The position numbers were made by a program, and so were the translations under genes. Under the pieces are notes generated by a model. That model searched no databases, was not told the DNA's origin, and saw nothing but the letters and a program-made list of their open reading frames with translations. A stretch of 64,000 bases of DNA from Longimicrobiales bacterium (lineage in GTDB: Bacteria; Gemmatimonadota; Gemmatimonadetes; Longimicrobiales; Gaopeijiaceae): contig OZ250165.1 of assembly GCA_965238005.1 (NCBI GenBank), positions 768,001 through 832,000 of the forward strand, given 5' to 3'. Positions 57,912 to 64,000 of this stretch are shown in pieces (position 1 is the first letter of the stretch; every line of letters begins with the position of its first letter).

Positions 57912-59164
57912 GCCGCTGGAAGCAGTGGGTGAAGGAGCCGAAAGGCGCGCTGCCGGGCGGCATCGTCACGAAGGCCGGGATCGTCCTGATCGCCGTGCTC
58001 GTCGGCGGCATGCTGTTCTCGTCGTCGCTCACCGGTCCCGAGGAAGACGCAACCGCTGCCGGAGCGGCGCCGGAGGCGCGGGCGGTGGACGACCGCGTGG
58101 GCCGGGCGTTCGAGGGCCGCCTCCGCGCGGAGGCCGAGCGTCAGACCCAACAGGCGGCGGCCAACGAGGCCCGCGCCGAGCAGGAACGCCGACAGGCCGC
58201 GGCCGCCCGGGATGCGGCCCGGGCCGACACGGAAACCGGACCGGGAGGTGGGGCGACGGGCGTCGGCCCGGCCGAGTACGAGCTTCGCGAGGCGCTTCGG
58301 CTCGAGGAGATCGAACGCAGGACGCGCTCGCTCCGCTCGCTGCCGGTTGCACGGTCGTACCGGGATCCGAACGAGGCCAGCGGCGGGGAAGCGGGCGATG
58401 GATCCGACCTTGAATCGGAGTTCCCCGAGGTCGCGCTCGAAGCGGCGCTCGCGTCGTTCGAGCGGTCCGTCGCCGCGCTCGAAGGCGAGATCGAGGCCGG
58501 GTTCGAGGCCGGGCAACTTCTCCCCGGCTCGCCGGGAGTTGCACGCCCGAACGTTCCTCGCGCGCCCGGCACGGCGGAGCCGGGCCTCACCGTCCGGCCC
58601 GCGGACCCGCCGGGCTGGGAGCGGATCCACGAGGGCTCGTTCCTCGAGGCCGTGCTGCTGACGCAGCTCTCGGGCGAGTTCCCCGGCCCGGTGCTCGCCA
58701 TCGTGTCGGTGCCGTTCCACTCGGCCGACCGCCAGCGGGTGCTGATTCCGCGCGGCGCGCGCGTCGTCGGCACGGCGCGGGCCGTCCAGGACCGGGACCA
58801 GAGCAGGCTCGCGGTCGCGTTCCACCGGCTGCTGCTGCCCGACGGCAGCTGGATCGACCTCGAGTTCGCGGGGCTCAACCAGGCGGGCGAGGGCGCGCTA
58901 CGGGACCAGGTGAGCCGCCACTACTTCTCGACGTTCGCGGCCGCCGGGGCCGTCGGCGCGCTGAGCGGTCTCACGCTCGCCGGAGCCTCGCCCTACGGAC
59001 TCCAGGCCGGCGTCGGGCAGGGACTCGGCCAGAGCGCCACCTCGGTCCTCGACCGGTTCCTGAACCGGATGCCCGCCATCACGATCCGCGCCGGCCACCG
59101 CCTGCGCATCTGGCTCACCTCCGATGTCCTGGTCCCGACGCCCGGGACAACGCCGATCCACTGA
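57908..59164 (+). CDS. virB10: VirB10/TrbI
   Basis: N-terminal TM, coiled coil, EGSFLEAVL...G...VLIPRGARVVG...RLLLPDG...TIRAG. Confidence 0.9.
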   Translation: MSRWKQWVKEPKGALPGGIVTKAGIVLIAVLVGGMLFSSSLTGPEEDATAAGAAPEARAVDDRVGRAFEGRLRAEAERQTQQAAANEARAEQERRQAAAARDAARADTETGPGGGATGVGPAEYELREALRLEEIERRTRSLRSLPVARSYRDPNEASGGEAGDGSDLESEFPEVALEAALASFERSVAALEGEIEAGFEAGQLLPGSPGVARPNVPRAPGTAEPGLTVRPADPPGWERIHEGSFLEAVLLTQLSGEFPGPVLAIVSVPFHSADRQRVLIPRGARVVGTARAVQDRDQSRLAVAFHRLLLPDGSWIDLEFAGLNQAGEGALRDQVSRHYFSTFAAAGAVGALSGLTLAGASPYGLQAGVGQGLGQSATSVLDRFLNRMPAITIRAGHRLRIWLTSDVLVPTPGTTPIH

Positions 59165-59183
59165 CCCCAAGGAGAACACCGTC

Positions 59184-60092
59184 ATGCGCTACCGCACACT
59201 CGCCCCCGCCCTCTTCATTCCGCTTCTACTGCTCGTGAGCACCACGCCGGCGAGCGCGCAGTTCGGCCTCGGCCTCGGCGGCGTGATCCAGCGCGCCCAG
59301 ATGATCGCCAACCAGATCACCCAGATCCGGAACCAGGTCCGCCAGGTGCGGGCGATGACCCGCCAGCTCACGGAGCTCGAGAACCAGCTCGACCACATGA
59401 GGCGCGCCGCGCGCGGCGAGGTCGACGCGCTGCTCGCGCCGTTCTCCGATCTTGCGGCCGAACCCGTGGGCCTCGTGAGGAACGGACTTGCGTGGGGATC
59501 CGACTTCAGCGGCGCGGCCCGCGAGACGGTCGATGCCGTCCGGGATCTGGGCGGTGGCCGCTCGCTCACCGGACTGTGGCGCAGCGCGCAAAGCACGGCC
59601 GACCGGGTGGGCGAGGCCGACATCCTCGCGCTGTTCCGCGACCATCCGCCCGAGGCCGCGACGCGCGCGCTGGAGGCCTACCGCCAGTCCCGGGAGGCGG
59701 CCGACCGGCAGCGCGTGCTCGACTACGCGACGCTCGACGCGGCGGCCGCGCTCGCCGAGGTGATCGAGAGCTCGCAGGGCTCGTTCGCCGGCCTCGCCGC
59801 GAACGGCAATCTCTCGAACACGGCGCTCCAGCAGGCCGGTGTGGCGGCCTCCCTGAGCCAGGGCCGGATCAACGCGGCGCTCGGCCAGGTGATGGCCCAC
59901 CAGGCGGTCGAGCAGGCGAGCCGCCTGCGGCAGGCCGAACTCGCACGGCTCGAGCACCTTGCCGAGTGGCGCGAGAGCCGGATCCGCGCGAACGCTTTTG
60001 CCGAGACGATGCGCACCGCCGCGTCCCGAAATCGGGACGCGCTCCGGGATGGGCTGCTGTTCCGGATCCCGTCGTTCTACACGGGCCGCTAG
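59184..60092 (+). CDS. VirB5/TrbJ-like secreted protein
   Basis: Signal peptide, Q-rich coiled coil (ANQITQIRNQVRQ); lies directly before virB6. Confidence 0.6.
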   Translation: MRYRTLAPALFIPLLLLVSTTPASAQFGLGLGGVIQRAQMIANQITQIRNQVRQVRAMTRQLTELENQLDHMRRAARGEVDALLAPFSDLAAEPVGLVRNGLAWGSDFSGAARETVDAVRDLGGGRSLTGLWRSAQSTADRVGEADILALFRDHPPEAATRALEAYRQSREAADRQRVLDYATLDAAAALAEVIESSQGSFAGLAANGNLSNTALQQAGVAASLSQGRINAALGQVMAHQAVEQASRLRQAELARLEHLAEWRESRIRANAFAETMRTAASRNRDALRDGLLFRIPSFYTGR

Positions 60093-60110
60093 GCGAGGGG
60101 AGCGTTCGCA

Positions 60111-61100
60111 ATGCAACTCCCCCCGCAGTCCATCGACCCGAACGTTCCGGCGCAGATCCCCAACGACCAGCTCCAGGACTTCAAGAGCTTCCTGGACGTG
60201 GTGCTCGATACCGTCGTCGGCGCCGCCGCGCCCGACGTGCACGCGCTCGGGCTCCAGCTCTGGGGCGGGCTCGCCGCCGTGATGGTCGCCTGGACGGGTC
60301 TCAAGATCGCGTTCAGCGGCACCTTCGAGCCGTGGCAGGTCATTCGGCTCGTGATCGGGATCGCGATCCCCCGCACGCTGCTCCACTACTACATCGTCCC
60401 GATCCCCGGAGTGGGACTCACGTTCCCGGCCATGGTGGCGGGAGGGGGGATCTGGCTCCAGAACCTGTTCATCTCCGACGTGGTGTCGGCCGGCTACACC
60501 GAGATGACGGCGCTCGTGCAAGCGTACGCCGCGCATCTGGGCGGCGCGTGGTCGGGCGGGAACCTGCTGTCGATCATGACGGCGGGCGTGAGCGTGATCT
60601 TCTCCTCGTTCGTGACGCTGGTGATGGGCGCCTCGCTCGTGTTCTGCCTGCTGGCGCTCTTCTGCATCACCTATGCGCAGGTCATATGGGCGCAGGTCGC
60701 GATCGCCATCGTGATCCTGCTCGGACCCGTGTTCATCGCCTTCCTCTTGTTCGAGCCGCTCGCGTTCCTGTTCTGGGGATGGTTCCGGTCCCTCATGGTC
60801 TACACGCTCTACGGCGTCGTGGCCGGCGCCGTGCTCCGCGTCTTCATGGGCGTCGGATTGGGCTACATCACGACCTACGCCGATGCGCTCATGGGCACGG
60901 GCACGGCCGACCCGGCCGAGCTCTGGCTCTGGGCCGTCGTGCTTCTCCCGCTCGTCGTCTCCGGCCTCATGGCCGGACTCAAGGTCGGCGAGCTCGCCTC
61001 GATGCTCGTCTCCGGCTCCGGCTCCGCCGGGTCCGGGTTCGTCGCGCTCGCCATGCAGGGAGCCAGCCGCGCGGCGGCCCCCGCCAAGCCACCCGTCTGA
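60111..61100 (+). CDS. virB6: VirB6/TrbL
   Basis: Polytopic membrane protein, ILLGPVFIAFLLF...LF.GW. Confidence 0.85.
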   Translation: MQLPPQSIDPNVPAQIPNDQLQDFKSFLDVVLDTVVGAAAPDVHALGLQLWGGLAAVMVAWTGLKIAFSGTFEPWQVIRLVIGIAIPRTLLHYYIVPIPGVGLTFPAMVAGGGIWLQNLFISDVVSAGYTEMTALVQAYAAHLGGAWSGGNLLSIMTAGVSVIFSSFVTLVMGASLVFCLLALFCITYAQVIWAQVAIAIVILLGPVFIAFLLFEPLAFLFWGWFRSLMVYTLYGVVAGAVLRVFMGVGLGYITTYADALMGTGTADPAELWLWAVVLLPLVVSGLMAGLKVGELASMLVSGSGSAGSGFVALAMQGASRAAAPAKPPV

Positions 61101-61112
61101 AATCCCAAGGAG

Positions 61113-61790
61113 ATGCCGCCAATGAAACGAGACCGCCATGCGGGCCGCGAGTACGCCGAGATCTGGGGCGAGGCGGTCCACGCGAACCGGAGGCTCCGGA
61201 CGCTCGCGATCCTGCTTGCCGCGAGCTGCGTCCTGCTCGCCGTGATCCTGCTGCGGATCGCGGGCGCCGAGCCGCCGCGTCCCATCGTGGTCCGCGTAGA
61301 CGAGGTCGGCCGCGCCGAGGCGCTCGCCTACGAGGCCGCAACCGCCCAGGCCGATCCGCTCGATCCCACGACCAAGTACTTCCTCCACCGGTTCGTCGGC
61401 GACTTCCACTCGCGCCGCCGCGCGACCGTCGAGGAGCAGTGGACCCGGAGCCTTCGGTTCCTGTCGACCGAACTCGCGAACGCCGCTTTCCAGCGGGACG
61501 GCGCGGAGGTCGCAAGCGTGGCGGCCGGGACCGCCGACACCGAGCTCCAGGTCGAGCAGGTCGTGCTCCGCATCCATCCGTCTCCCGAGCCGCCCCACGG
61601 CGCGACGGCCGACTTCGACCTGGTGCACCTGAGGGACGGACAGGAGATCCGGCGCGAGCGCTGGTCGCTCACGCTCCGGTTCGAGTTCCTCAGGTCCATC
61701 CCGCGCGAGCTGGTCGTCCACAACCCGATGGGCATCCTCGTCACCTACCTCCAGGCCGACCAAGCGCTCGTGACCGGGCAGGAGCCATGA
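61113..61790 (+). CDS. virB8: VirB8/TrbF
   Basis: Single TM, PIVVRVDEVG, C-terminal NPMGILVT. Confidence 0.88.
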   Translation: MPPMKRDRHAGREYAEIWGEAVHANRRLRTLAILLAASCVLLAVILLRIAGAEPPRPIVVRVDEVGRAEALAYEAATAQADPLDPTTKYFLHRFVGDFHSRRRATVEEQWTRSLRFLSTELANAAFQRDGAEVASVAAGTADTELQVEQVVLRIHPSPEPPHGATADFDLVHLRDGQEIRRERWSLTLRFEFLRSIPRELVVHNPMGILVTYLQADQALVTGQEP

Positions 61791-62722
61791 TCGCACATCT
61801 CCGGGGCCGCGAGAAGGCGCTCGAAGCGTTCGGCTGGACGGACCGCGAGGCTGAGTGGGTCGCCCTGGTCTGTCTCCACAGCGGCGTGTTCACCCGAGAC
61901 CAGATCTCCGACTGGCTCGGGATCCACCACCGCACCGCGCGCCGATTCATCCGGGACATTTTGGACCGGAAGCTGGCGGCCATGGACAGGCTCGCAGGCC
62001 GGAGGGTCTGCCGGATCTCCGCGCGCGCAGTCTACCGGGCGCTCGGAGCCGAGGATGTCCGCCACCGCCGGATCGCCTCGGCCGAGGTGCTCCTTCGCCG
62101 GCTGCTCTCGCTCGACTACGTGATCGGGCACACCGGCCTGCCGTGGCTCCCCACCGAGCCCGAGAAGGTCGGCGCGTTCGAGGCGCTTGGGCTAGAGCGC
62201 AGCATCCTGCCCGTCCGGGCGTACCGGGGCGCCGCAGGCGAGACGCGGCGCTACTTCCCCCTCAAGCTGCCCGTTGCGCTTGACGGTCGGGGCGCGGTGT
62301 TCGTCTACGCCGATCCGGGCCACGAGACGGCCGCGGGCCTCCGCTCCTGGGGCCGCGCCCACCGGGAACTCTGGGGCGCGCTCAGGGAGCGGGACCGGCC
62401 GGTCGAGGCCATCGCGGTCGTCCTGGGCGGCGCGGAGTTCGAGCGGGCGGAGAAGGTCCTCGGCAACTGGACCGACCCGACCCGGCCCCCCAGCCGCTCG
62501 CAGGCGTCCGCGACCGGCCGTCGGATCCGCCGCGAGATCGAACGGATCGAACAGGCCATCCGCGGCAGGGACGAGAGCGTGATCCAAGCGTACGGCAGTC
62601 TCCGGGGCTGCCTGGCGCGGATCGTCGAACTCAGGGCCGCGCTCCCGACCGCGCTCTCGGAAGCGATGATCGACGGCTTCACGGTATGGCGTTCGACCCG
62701 GCTTTCGGGGGGTCTGTTTTGA
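61787..62722 (+). CDS. conserved ICE protein, possibly replication-relaxation-like (wHTH + nuclease-like)
   Basis: ATGA overlap with virB8; paralogue of 9942-10916; family assignment is inference. Confidence 0.6.
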   Translation: MIAHLRGREKALEAFGWTDREAEWVALVCLHSGVFTRDQISDWLGIHHRTARRFIRDILDRKLAAMDRLAGRRVCRISARAVYRALGAEDVRHRRIASAEVLLRRLLSLDYVIGHTGLPWLPTEPEKVGAFEALGLERSILPVRAYRGAAGETRRYFPLKLPVALDGRGAVFVYADPGHETAAGLRSWGRAHRELWGALRERDRPVEAIAVVLGGAEFERAEKVLGNWTDPTRPPSRSQASATGRRIRREIERIEQAIRGRDESVIQAYGSLRGCLARIVELRAALPTALSEAMIDGFTVWRSTRLSGGLF

Positions 62723-62737
62723 GCGCCGCACGCGGGC

Positions 62738-63005
62738 GCCGATGCCGATCCGTGCGTGTCCGGTTCACTTTGCGGGTGACCGGACACGAAATCGCCGTTC
62801 GGACGGACACGGCATCGGCCGTCCATGTCGCTGGCGCTCTTGCGGTTGCGCCACGGCCAGCGAAGCGCGGATGCCGATCCGCGCTCCTTGGCCGTGGCTG
62901 GGAGCGACCCCCCATCTCGGCATGCCTCGATCGGCATCGGGGAGGATGGAGCCGGACAGCCCCATCCTCCCCTCCGCTGCGGGGTCGCTCCCAGCCAGCA
63001 GTCCC
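62738..63005 (-). repeat. conserved multi-hairpin non-coding element (copy B)
   Basis: Reverse complement of 11353-11620 with stems conserved and loops changed. Confidence 0.8.
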
Positions 63006-63546
63006 TCCGGACTGCCTCGGGTAGGGACGTAACTCATGTTATATAAATGAGTTACGTATTCGCCGACGGTGCTCTGCCCCCCATTATTTCCACCGGGACG
63101 AAACGGATTTCCTAGGCCCGTAGTGGCCGTGAACGGACGAACGGACGCGTCGGCCCCGGATCGCCACGCGCCCGAGGCCGAGCAGCTGAACGCAGGATCG
63201 GTGATGCTCCGATCCGTGCCCAACCGACCCGGTGTCACGCCGCCCAGCCCGCGGGTAGCGTCGCCTTCTCATGTTTCAAGATGTCTTTCCGGGTCATCGC
63301 CGGAAGTGATCCGCTGGCACCCGGATCGCCTCGACCACCTCCGCGCGGCCCTCCCGCGCTGCGGGGGTGATCGCCCCTAACGGTCCCTCGGGTTGCTTAT
63401 ACATTCATGACAAGCGCAAAGCGGAGTGTAGCTCTCACGGAAAGACCTTGCGGCCCGCGTGGAGGACAAGCACTGGACATACCCCGCTTGGCGGTGAAGT
63501 TGCGGGGGCGGTCGGCAGAGCCTCTCGGCACGCGGAGAATCCAACT

Positions 63547-64000
63547 TTGACCCCAAACAAGTTCATCGCGAAGTGGCACGCCTCGGAGTTGAAGGAGCGC
63601 TCCGCGGCCCAGGAGCACTTCATCGACCTGTGCCAACTGCTCGGCGAACCCACGCCAGCGGAGGCTGACCCCAGGGGCGACCACTACTGCTTCGAGCGCG
63701 GAGCGCACAAGGACTCCGGCGGGGACGGCTGGGCGGACGTGTGGAAGCGGCACTGCTTCGCCTGGGAGTACAAGGGGAAGCACGCCGACCTCGACGCCGC
63801 GTTCAACCAGCTGAGGCAGTACGCCCTGGCGCTGGAGAACCCGCCGCTGTTGATCGTCTCGGACATGCACCGGATCCGGATCCGGACGAACTGGACGAAC
63901 TCCGTGAGCAAGACGCTGGAGTTCGAACTGGACGATCTCGTCGATGGCACCGTCCGGGACAAGCTCAAGTGGGCAATGTCCGACCCGGAGCGGCTGCGGC
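63547..64000 (+). CDS. N-terminus of an MmeI-like type IIL/IIG restriction-modification enzyme (runs off window)
   Basis: GGAG RBS, TTG start; FIAKW...ERSAAQEHFIDLC.LLG...GWADVWKR..FAWEYKG...QL..YA..LENPPLLIVSD; absent from the ORF track because no stop falls in the window. Confidence 0.85.
   Translation, partial: MTPNKFIAKWHASELKERSAAQEHFIDLCQLLGEPTPAEADPRGDHYCFERGAHKDSGGDGWADVWKRHCFAWEYKGKHADLDAAFNQLRQYALALENPPLLIVSDMHRIRIRTNWTNSVSKTLEFELDDLVDGTVRDKLKWAMSDPERLR

Noticed and set aside
59226..62722. 856-aa minus ORF and 1076-aa plus ORF across the T4SS genes
   Set aside because: Stop-poor alternative frames; only 61787-62722 of the long plus ORF is credible, supported by RBS, ATGA overlap and a paralogue
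63291..63376. Possible type I-E-like repeat CCCTCCCGCGCTGCGGGGGTGATC with GTGATC recurring 61 nt upstream
   Set aside because: Only 6 nt recur and there is no third unit; could be chance in GC-rich DNA
1..64000. tRNA/tmRNA integration target for the P4-like integrases
   Set aside because: No cloverleaf or T-loop/CCA pattern recognised by eye; a tRNAscan-SE or ARAGORN run would be decisive

Overview
GC-rich, heavily rearranged accessory region with no housekeeping, rRNA or tRNA genes seen. It is a defence island built from several nested and partly decayed integrative elements. Defence cargo: a GmrSD/DUF262-DUF1524 nuclease, a PD-(D/E)xK-like ORF and a PIN ORF separated by attC-like sites, an HNH-ABC-ATPase fusion, a GIY-YIG / DUF429 / sacsin-like-DUF3883 trio, a type III CBASS (CdnC-Cap7-Cap6) with a divergent HTH-metallopeptidase regulator and a displaced NucC homologue, and the start of an MmeI-like RM enzyme. 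Mobility: two P4-like integrases, a third phage-type integrase, a Cre-like recombinase bracketed by two inverted 34-bp loxP-like sites, a VirB2-3-4-9-10-5-6-8 T4SS operon without VirB11 or VirD4, four copies of an HTH-AlpA control module, ColE1-like oriT/mobC remnants, decayed IS3, IS256 and IS21 elements, orphan CRISPR-repeat fragments and a 397-bp direct duplication. Best candidates for novelty: the Cre/lox-like invertible cassette (47158-48292), the rearranged CBASS, the HNH-ABC fusion, and integron-like defence cassettes. All family assignments come from motif recognition by eye; no searches were run.
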